Below, one piece after another: positions 10,008 through 21,680 of a DNA stretch of 37,263 nt. A program made the translations under genes and the position numbers. Source of the DNA: Octopus bimaculoides (lineage: Eukaryota); contig NC_068983.1 in assembly GCF_001194135.2 (NCBI RefSeq), positions 4,387,405-4,424,667 on the forward strand, given 5' to 3'. How positions within the stretch are numbered: the stretch's first letter is position 1; the number at the start of each line of letters is the position of its first letter. Below the pieces are notes generated by a model. It was given only the letters and a program-made list of their open reading frames with translations, ran no database searches and was not told the origin of the DNA.

Positions 10008-13000
10008 GGTTATGAGAGGTAATGGTGTCAATAAGACCCAAAGGTGTCAGGTAATGCTGAGTAAGTGCTATGGATAGACCATAGTTAAGCTCCAGGTTCG
10101 GTGGTTACGCGAATAAGGAGTCCAATGTAGGTCAAATATCAGCGTGTATATATAAAAAAATTTTTTCAGAATATATATATATATATCAATAAGATAAGAA
10201 AATAAAGACATAATTAATAAATTATTAGAAATAATACATTTCTAAATCTCTCTTGACACTTGCCCAAGGTGCCATACAGTGGGACTGAACCCAGAACCAT
10301 GTGGTTGAGAAGCAAGCTACTTATCACACAGCCATGCCTGCACCTATAAAATTTTTATGTAAAATATTTAAAATGTCAAATTTAATTTTTGATATTTGGT
10401 GGTTGTCCCTAATTAAACTGTGGATAATCCACGGGGTCTGCTAGTAATAATATAACGCTGTCAAAGACCAAAATGAAGACAGGATTTTCCGAAAGAGCCA
10501 TGTCCACTTTGTGAGAGACAATATCAACTTACTTCTGCCAAACCATAATGACTTGATGATATCAATTCTTCAGCTACTTTCAGACAAGCTTCAACACGTT
10601 CTGGGTCTTCGGTTCCAATCAGTCCTTTAAAACAACAGACAAATAATAATAACCCAAGATCGACAACAGAAGAGAGTTGCAGGAAGTTAGCTGGTTGCTA
10701 TAGCAACACCATTCCGCACATGTCCACTCCACACATGCTCACACACACGCACATTGGAAACATTCATCTATTTCCTGAAAATGGGGTTATAACCCCGAAA
10801 TATTGAATACGAGGTAAGTCTACATTAATTCACATATTAAAAGTACATCTGAGCATGATCGTTGCCAGGGCTACGGATTAGCTCCCGTGCTGGTGGCATG
10901 TAAAAAGCACCATTCAAACATGATTGTTGCCAGCATCACCTTATTGGCACATGTGATGGTGCCACATGAAAAGCAACATTCAAGCGTGCTCGTTGCCAGT
11001 GCCGCCGGACTGGCTCCCATGCAGGTAGCATGTAAAAAAAACACCTTTTGAGTGTGGTCATTGCCAGAACTGCCTGACTGGCCCTTGTGCCAGTGGCACA
11101 TAAAAGCACGCACTACACTCTCAGAGTGGTTGGCGCTAGGAAGGGCATCCAGCTATAGAAACTTTGCCAGATCAGATTTGAGCCTGGTGCAGTCTTCTGG
11201 CTCACCAGTCCCCAGTCAAACCGTCCAACCCATGCCAGCATGGAAAGCAGACGTTAAATGATGATGATGATGATAATTATAACATAGAAAAAAATACCTT
11301 AGGAATGAGAACCCAGGTTCGAAATTCCCCCAAGACACCTGATGAAGGCTGGAGGGTATATCAGCCAAAATATTGTGTTAACAACAAACAAGATGAGGAC
11401 AAATATCCTTCAAATGTAAATAAGGTAAAAAATGTAGATAATTCCTTATCTCTTAATTATAGAACTGTATAATTGCTTACCTTCCATACAATCCCTTAAG
11501 TATTTTGGTGTTTTCACTTTCTGTTCTTGCTTATCATGTGACATGTCGAAGGGCTCAAAGTCATCATCACTGCCAACAGTAATTTACAGAATTTGTAACA
11601 CAGAGAAATACAACAACAACAACAACAACAACAGTAAAATGTATTGAACAAAGAATATGCAAATTAACACCTGGCTAACAGTTGACACGATACAATACGG
11701 GTGAAATATAGTCTAGATCAGGGTGGAGGGCCCCTTAACCACATTCAATTGTCTCCCTTCTGTGATAGGGATCCCAATGACAGTTTCAATGTAATGAGAA
11801 CGGTGACAGTATATATTTAAAAATGCCAGTACCGCCTGACTGGCCTTCATGCCGATGGCACGTAAAAGCACCCACTACACTCTCGGAGTGGTTGGCGTTA
11901 GGAAGGGCATCCAGCTGTAGAATCTCTTCCAGATCAGATTGGAGCCTGGTGTAGCCATCTGGTTCACCAGTCCTCAGTCAAATCATCCAACCCATGCTAG
12001 TATGGAAAGCGGACGTTAAACGATGATGATGATGATGATGTAGCAGAGTGGGGGGTGTATAACCTAGTGGTTAGGGTGCTGCACTAACGAGTGCAAGATC
12101 GTGATTTCAATTCCTAGACCAGGTGGTGTGTTGTGTGTTCTTGAGCAAAATACTTCATCTCACCTTGCTCTGTGATCTCTCTGCCACCTGACGCGTGGCA
12201 CACAGTGCCCCTGTTCAGGCAATGTCGATTTGATGGAGAGAGAGAGAGAGAGAGCTGATGTAGAACCCATACATTTGATCATTATAAACAAATCATTTGT
12301 GATGGTTGTTCAGCAAATACGTTGTCTTCAATGAAAGATTCCTAACTCCTAAACACATCCTCAACTGTATTTTCATTCTGACAGAAGCCTACACCTGTCA
12401 CTTCCCCATGCTAGAAATGACAGCACAGTTTAGCTGTCATGGTAGAAGAATGTGTAAGAGAAAATATCAAATGTAAATAAACAGCTTAAATATTGTAATA
12501 TAAAAGACAATACAGCTTATATCAAATAAAGTTAATTAAATTTAAGCAATGTATTCATGAATGGTTAACAAGTTGGATGTAACGCTGAAGACAGAGCAAG
12601 AACTCCTGAAATATGCAAATACACCCATTACTATTTTTCCATCTCTGCACATTGTTTACATAGACGTATTTGTATGCGGAATGTCATAACTTTCAGGGCT
12701 GGCTCTAAACTCTCTTCAAAAAATCTGTAGAGATACACTTAAAGATGAAAACAACACATTGCTAATCAGTGGCAGACTGGCCAGATTGCCAGCTTGCCCA
12801 ATGGCAAGTGGGTCCCTGTGCCATTAGAATTCATATATGGGGGCCCGTGTTAGTATCTAAGGGGCCCATCCCCTCAAGTTTGAGAATTTTTTATTCACTC
12901 CTGGAAGAATGCATTAATTATTTCAGCTTGGCTGTGTTTATAGACAGTTGGAAAGAATACTTTTAACAAAAAAAAAAAAAAAATTAAATGATAGCATTGT

Positions 13001-16000
13001 AGTGGCAGGTGGGCCCCCTGAGTCCACCACTGCTGCTAATACAAGGTAAGATATAACACTAACTTTGACTTATAAAACTTTGATAAACTTGGTTGCAGAT
13101 TATGGTTGCAAAACGAGATACTGTGTCCCCACCACAATAAATTATATTTCAATTTTTGGGGTTAAAAAACAGAACAAAACTTAAAATGAAACAAACTGTA
13201 CTTGTACGGTTAGAGAGTAAACAAAACAAAAACAATCAACTTGCCAAATATACAACTGACCTATCAAGATCTGATTCTTGATTTTCTGATATTTTTTCCT
13301 GATCATTTTTCTTTGTCACATTTTCAGAAGGTTCTGTGGCATTTTCAGATACTTCGCTAATTTTCTCAGCCACCCTAAATTTTAATTAAAGCCAGAAATA
13401 AAGAGAACAATTTGCACAGACACAAGATGTACATGAATGTGTATGAGAGGAAAAGGTATGTGAGAGAGAGGGAGAGACAGAAAAAAAAGAAGAGAGACAG
13501 AGGAAGAGACAGACAAACAAAGAAAGAGAAGTATATGGACAAATACATCAACTCTGTCAGTATAAGAAGATGTCAGTACTTAGGTTTGTCTGGAGGAATG
13601 GCCAACTGCTGCAGTGTTTTGATATCATCAGACATTTCATACTGTAAAAGAAGAGAGACAGACAGAAATTAATATATATATATGTGGTTAGAATCAGTGA
13701 AATACAGTAACACAGAGGCAGAGTAACATGGAGATATAGTAATACAGAGAAACAGAACAACACAGAGATGTAGTCTGGCTGTCAACGTTTGATATAATAT
13801 ACAAATACACACACACATATTGGCATAAATGGATTATACCATTGAGAAATAAGTGATATTGACAGGGATACAGGGAATATTTTGTGAAGAGACAAAAATT
13901 CAGTTCTATATTTAAGAGATGAGGAATTATTTACATTATTTACATTTAACGGATATTTGTCCTCATCTTGTTTGTTGTTAACACAACATTTCGGCTGATA
14001 TACCCTCCAGCCTTCATCAGGTGTCTTGGGGAAATTTCGAACCTGGGTTCTCATTCCTAATGTATTTTTCGATGTAATTATTATTATTATTATTATTATT
14101 CAGGTCATTACTGCGAATCGAACTCAGAATCTTGGGGTTACTAGCCTGCACTCTTAACCACTATGCCATCTGCCCATGGTCACTTATGGAGTGAATTTTA
14201 GGGCTTATAAATCTAATATTTTCATATCCTTCCCATACGCCCCTGGGCATGTGGCATAGTGGTTATGAGCACAGGCTACTAACCCCAAGATTCCGAGTTT
14301 GATTCCAGGCAGTGACCTGAATAACAATAATTATTATTATTTCTTTATTGCCCTCAGGGGACTAAACATAGAGGGGACAAACAAGGACAGACAAAGGGAT
14401 TAAGTCAATTACATTGACTCCAGTGCATAACTGGTACTTATTTCATCGACCTCGAAAGGATGAAAGGCAAAGTCAACCTTGGCGAAATTTGAACACAGAA
14501 CGTAACGGCAGACAAAATACTGCTAAGCATTTCGCTTGGCATCCTAACACATCAAAAAATACCTTAGGAATGAGAACCTAGGTTCGAAATTTCCCCAAGA
14601 CACCTGATGAAGGGTGGAGGGTATATCAGCAGAAACATTAACAAGAAACAAGATGAGGACAAATATCTGTCAAATGTAAATAATGGAGACAAAAATTGTT
14701 GCCATGGAGCCTAGTCAATCAACACTATCAACTACACCAATTATAACTCACACACACACACACTAATGCCAGTACAAATACACACACACTGCTGTCAGTA
14801 TTTGCACACACACTGTTGTCAATACACACACACACACACACACAGAGGAACTGAACCATTCATTCACTGACGACAAATGTCTTTCCCAGTCAGACAGATG
14901 TTACATTTTATTTTTCAGGCAGAGATAATCCCTCTTCTAAGTTCAAAGTTCGAATGAATGACTGTAACAGTGATTGAACTCATGACCCAGTGGTCAGTAG
15001 TCATGTACCTTAACCTCCCTATTAACCTACTTCGATCTAGAATAACCAACACCAAAAACTAATTAAGTTTCAAAAACATTCTGATACTTCAAGGTGCAAC
15101 AGGACAACAAAGAACTTACACCGAACTTCAATTCAGCCCCATCTGGTTGAAGTTTGGCAACCATCAGTTCTGTGACTACCATTCCGAGACGATGAATGTC
15201 ACCACTAATGCTTTCCAGGTGATTCTGCATCCCATACATTATAGAGGACACTAGATCTACAAATGAGAAGAAGAATACATATTAGAAACCAACGCCATTG
15301 CTTGTATAAGCGATGCTCATTTACGACTATTATGTGATGCTAAGACAAGGAGACATCCCCCCCCACACACACACACATACACGTCTATCATCATCACTTA
15401 ACCCTTTCATTACTAACCCAGCTGAAACAGCCTCTGGCTCTGTGGTACAAATGTCTTGTTTTCAAAAGTTTTGAATTAAAATCTTCCATCAAACCTTAGT
15501 CACAATTTATGTTCCTATCACTAGCTGAATGAAAGCTAAGTTATTTTACTAAATTCTTTGTTATATTTAAAGTAATTGTAAGAAACACAGAGCATCTCAA
15601 TAGAAATATGGTAACAAAAGGGTTAAAATATATAATAGAGAAACAATTCTGAACTCTGTTGATACCAACCTGGCTGAAATCACCTCAGGTTCTGTGGTAC
15701 AATTGTCTCATTTTCAAAAGTTTTCAATTAAAAATCTTCCACCAAACTGTAGTCACAATTTATGTTCCTAACACTATCTTAATGATAACTAAGTTATTTT
15801 ACTAAATTCTTGGTTATATTTAAAATTAATTGAAAGAAACACAGAGCATCTCAACAGAAAGACAATAATGAAAGGGTTAATGTCCACGTTCCATGCTGGA
15901 ATGGGTTGGATGGTTTGACAGGATCTAAGTAATCAGAAGACCACATCAGGTTCCAATGCCTATTTTGGAATGGTTTCCACAGCTGGATACCCTTCTTAGT

Positions 16001-17939
16001 GCCAACCACTTGCTGTAAGTGCAGGTGCCTCATTAACGCACCCATGCCAGTGCTGCATAAGGGAGTCTAATGCAGTCTGTAATACATGGGCCTATGAAGA
16101 GCCAGGGACTCAGGGTGGTGAGGAGGATGCAGTCAATATGGGTGATGGGAAATGAAAGATGGGGTGCAATGAGCAAAAAGGGTCGGCATAAGGGACAGAA
16201 AATAGAGGGAACCCACCTTTCCGTAGCGATTGGTCTTCTTTATCAGAGAGGAACCCGTTAGAGATGACAATAGCAGATGAGATGTAGTAGTGTTGTTCAT
16301 AGGAGGTGTGTCGTATGGCACTCGTGTCACCCCACACATTCACAAGGTTTTTGATTACCTGAAAAAAGATAGAAGAAAATAAAATAACAATAAAACAAAA
16401 ATAAAAATAAAATTAGTAGAAACTGGTTCTACACCTTGATTCTGGTTCATTTAGTTATATTTTATTTCAACACACATCATTGCACTACTGTCCACCTCCT
16501 CTTCCTCCTCCTCACCACCACCATTACCATCATCATCATCATCATCATAATGATGGTGTATATGTAAATTCCTTGGAGTTATAATAATGTCCAAAAATGG
16601 TTTAGAATTATGATGGAAATGAACTGAACCACTTCAGTCATCATCATCATCATCATCATAATTAAGGCAGCAAGTTGGCAGAACCATTGGCATGCTAGAT
16701 GAAATGCTTAGTGGCATTTTGCCCGTCGCAATGTTCTGAATTCAAATTCTGCCAGGGTTGACTTTGCCTTTCATCCTTTCGGGGTCGATAAATTAAGAAC
16801 CAGTGAAACACTGGGGTCAATGTAATCAACTAGTCCCCCCCCCCACTCCCACAAAAAAAATTTCAGGCCTTGTGCCTATAGTAGGAAGGATTATCCATTA
16901 TTTTTTTACATCCTCCTTTTATTCTGTTGGATGGGTCACTATGGATGGTCTGAACAAATCTTCAGAACCACTTCTCACCTAGATGGGTCAAAGGGCCACA
17001 TTTTAATCGTGTTTAGTTTTTGACATAGTTTCAAAGGCTACATGTTCTTCCTATAACACCAACCAGCTCACAATGTGTGTACTGGCTGTTCTTTTTCCTT
17101 GGGGCTGGCATTAAAGAAGTGCAACAACCCTTTTCACTTAAATGAGTGTAGAGGGGTGCCATCGTTGAGCCCTCAGCACATAAGAGGCATCGTGTCTTCA
17201 CAACTATACAAAGTGTACTGAGTGTGTTTTTGCTGTGGCACCAGCATATGAGGGGTAGCTGCATCCATAACAGGCATTCCATCGGTTATGATGGCAAAGG
17301 TCCCAGATGATCTAATCATCTGAACAGCCTACTCATGAGGTTAACATGCAAGTGACTCAGCTCTCCACAGACATGTGTAGCCTTAATGTAGTTTTAAGGT
17401 AGATTCAACATGATGCAGAGAGTGTCATGGCTGGACCCTTTGAATTACAGGTCCAATACATTTTTGCCAGCTGAGTGGACTGGAGCAATGTGAAATAAAG
17501 CGTCTTGCTCAAGGACATAATGCACTACTGAGTATTGAACTCACGACCTTATGATCATGAGCTGAACACCCTAACCACTAAGTCACATGGGTCCTTAACA
17601 CAACTAAAGGGCCCTCACAAACCCACGTCGATGCTCAATCCCCAGCACTGGACACTGATACGAAGGATGTGTGATGGAAGGGTGAGCAGCAGGGTTACTC
17701 ACCACATGGGAAACAAATCATGCGGATTAAGAGATCAACAGATATTGAAATGCATTGTGGGAAACTAATGAAAGGTTCTGAAATTTACCTGCAAGAAGAG
17801 AGGACGTCGGTTGGAAGAAGAAGCCAGATAACCAAGAATGTTTTGGAGCAATAATGTCTGCAAAGTGAGGACAAGACATTTCTCATGAATAACAAGAATG
17901 ATAATGAGAACAAATTTACAAACATTAATTATATGGTAA

Positions 17940-17987
<48 letters not shown>

Positions 17988-18148
17988 ATTTAGTAAATGG
18001 AGTAAAACACATATTTTAACTGAATACTTTTATTTCCAACATATAGGTGATGTTGATAAGAATGTAATCTCTTCAGAGAAATGCATGGGAACCAGCTTAA
18101 ACGTAAGATATTTTAACCGAATATGAGAACTAGTTGGAGAAGGTTGTT

Positions 18149-18202
<54 letters not shown>

Positions 18203-21200
18203 GTATATATATATACACACACACACACATATATATATATTAAAATGAGGATTCAAATAGTGGAGTAATGTTCTCATTCTTCTATTAAAAAAGTTACGTA
18301 AGAAACAGCTGTAATGAGCTGACAATTATCTACAAAATCAAAATCACAATCAGAATCTCAATCAAATTGAAATCAAAATAGAAATTGTAGTTTGTGGCCG
18401 ATGCCACTGCCACCAATGAATGATCCTTTTATTTGGAGCCAAGAAGCTTAGACATGCATTTGTAATGGACTGCAAGCAAATGACACAGTCTGGAAGCCAT
18501 TGTTTACAGACCAGTAAGACCAAGATAAGTATACATTCACACAAATACACATATGATGGGATTCTATCAGTTTCTATCCACCAAAATCGCTCACTAGTCT
18601 TAGGTCAGCTTGTGTCTATAGCAGAAGACAAGATACCCAAGGTGCCACACAGTGGAACTAAACCCAAAATAACATGGTTGAGAAGCAAAGTTCTTAAGCA
18701 GGCAGTCCTAAAAAGAAAACCTTCTCTTTAAAATAATAAAAAAATGATATTGTTTCCTTACATTGGTGAAATATCGATGAAGTAAGATTTTGGTACAGAG
18801 TAAGTATTTGACTTTGGGTCGTTCCAGAACGACATCACCAAGAAACATCTCAACAATGCCATACCTGCCAAAACACAAACAACAATAGATTAGAGAGACA
18901 ACAAGATACATTCAACTTTATATGTCAACCATGGCAGCATCTATGTGATCACTCAACTTGCTAGAATTAACAGCCAAATATTCCTCAAACCACATCCTAA
19001 TAGGCTTCTGTGGTCAGTGATGACCATACAGGCCAGGGCAAGATTTTTTTGAGGAACTCTGCCAGGCTGATACAGCTTGGTACCAATGTTGTTGTAGGTA
19101 TTACTGTTATAAGAAGACAAGGAGCCAGAACAGATAACACAAAGCATTTCACTTGATACGGCAACCATTTTCTTTCCATGATTTGACCTTGCCTGTGCTG
19201 GGGCCACGTAAAAAGCACTAAGTCCACTCTGCTGAGTGGTTGGTGTTAGGAAGGGCATCCAGCTGTAAAAATCCTGCCAAAACACCCACAGAAGTCTGGT
19301 GCAGGCTTCTGCCTAGTCAGCTTTTGTGAAACCGCCCCACCCATGCTAGCATGGAAGGTGGACGTTAAACGATGATGTTTCTGCTGAAATACACTGCTTT
19401 TGCGTCAATTAATTTTGAAAATAATGAAGAATTTTGGGAAATAAGTTTGTCAATATTAAGCTAGTGTTTGGAACATAAATTAATGTGAAATTTCAATGGA
19501 TGGCTTTAAATGATGTTAAAATAGAGAATTAGCATTGTTGCCAGTTGCTTGTCACTTGAATTAAGTAGATCATCATCATCATCATCATCATCATCATTTA
19601 ACGTCCATTGTCCATGCTGGCATGGGTTGGACGGTTTGACCAGGGCTGGCACGCTGGAAGGCTGTACCAAACTCCAGTCTGATTTGGCATGGTTTTCTAA
19701 CGCCGACCACTCCGAGAGTGTAATAGGTGCTTTATACATGCCACCGGCACAGGTGCCAATTGTATGACCCCGATATCTGCCAAGACTGTAATTTTACTTG
19801 GCTTGATGGGTCTTTTTCTCACGACTGCCACATAATGCCAAAGGTCTCGGTCATTGCCTCCGTGAGGCCCAACACTCGAAAGGAGCTTTTCACATGCCAC
19901 CAGCATTGGCCACATTGCCTGTGACACCCTATGCTTGAAAGGTGCTTTTTATGTGCCACCAGTATGGGTGCCAGTTACGTGACACCAGCATCAGCCACGA
20001 CTATGACTTCACTTGGCTTGGAGGATCTTCTCAAGCACAGCATATCGCCAAAGGTCTTGGTCAATAAAGATATGTTTTGTGGCCACATGAAGAATAACAG
20101 AAGCAACTTGTGAACATTTAAATGAATATTTATTGCCAGGCCTAAAGACATCTGGCTATTTATAATGAACAACATTAATAACTGCCAACCAGAAGAGAGA
20201 CAGACTGCTCTGAAATTACAGAAAGCTATGTGACAACAAGCAGTCAGCCCCAAAATAAACAGAGTCACCTGTACAAATCTCTATGGCAACAGAGGCCCTT
20301 GGCTGTCTACACTCTAAGTCATGTGTCAAACAATTTTTATAGGGGACCAGAAGCCAAATTCTAGAATGTTGGAGAAAACCTGATCATGCCACAGCTTCAC
20401 ACTGATTGGTTGACTAATAGACCAATCATGTGAAACTATGGTGGTTCGCTCATGGTGTTTAACTGATTCTCTGGTGGTTGGGGTTTTGAATCACTGCTAC
20501 CAATATCACAAAACCAGGGATGTCTGAAGTATGGAAAGGGTTAACAGTTCTGCCACTCCATGCAAGGCTCAGTGGTTAGGATGTTGAACTCATGACGACT
20601 AAGAGTGTAGTTTCAATTCCTGGGTCAGGCAATGCATTGTGTTCTTGAGCAAAACACTACATTTCACAAATCTCCAGTCCACTCAGCTGGCAAAAATGGT
20701 TAAACCTGAAATGGACTGGCATCCCATCCAAGGGGAAACATATATTACCATGGAAACCATCCTTGTGAGTCTATGTGACTTGATAAGGATTTTGTTTTTT
20801 TATCTAATTCACCACCCTGGGTACTTTTCTATTGACTCTGAAAGGATAAAAGGCAAAGCTGACCTAGGTAGGATTTGAACTCAGAGCTTAGAAAACTGAA
20901 ACAAATACCGCAATTTGTTTCGTCTTATGACCTGGACAATGTTTGTATGGGATGGAATGAGATGTGCACAAATAAGAGCATTGGGGTGTAATTCTTTTAT
21001 TCTAAATGGTATTCCAATCTTTCCTCGACTAATCTATACAAACAGCATTCAATAACCAAGTGAATACAAACCAAGGGACTTTCAGCAGAAGTGGTACAAT
21101 CACACTTTCAATAGAACGGTCTGGGGCGCCTGTCACAAGCCGTTTACATATGCGTTGCCAGAGAAAGCTTTCTTGAGCATTCTTCATCAGTTCAGGTAGG

Positions 21201-21631
21201 GTTCCATTCCACAATTCATCTGAAAGATAATAAACTCCATGTCTTAAACATTATCTTCATCATTATTTTAATAACCATTTTCCATGCTGGCATGGGTTGG
21301 ACGATTTGGTAGGATGTGGCAAACAAACCAGAGCTCCACCATGATCCAATGTCTGCTTTGGTATGGTTTCTGGAACTGGGTGCCCTTCCTGATACAAACC
21401 ACTTTACAGAATGTACTGGGTACTTTTTTCATGGCACCAGCACCAGTGAGGTCACCAAATACTCACAAGACAAGAACCCTTCAAATGAGCAGGATATAGT
21501 AGTGAAGGATGTGAAAATATGATAGAGAAACAGGAACAAGTGTCTTGCTGAAGAGGTGAATACATGGTTTCACCAGACGGAAAGAGAGAGGAGGAGAGTG
21601 TAAGAGTGCACCCTCAAGGTACAAAGTGAAT

Positions 21632-21680
<49 letters not shown>

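Noticed and set aside
13573-13575. In-frame TGA in TELO2 as possible selenocysteine or pseudogene lesion
   Set aside because: A GT donor 4-6 nt upstream gives the phase required by exon 10, so the TGA is intronic.
14245-14320. tRNA gene calls for the tRNA-like heads (also about 3090-3164 and 14100-14175)
   Set aside because: A and B boxes are present, but I could not form full acceptor and anticodon stems; they are repeat heads.
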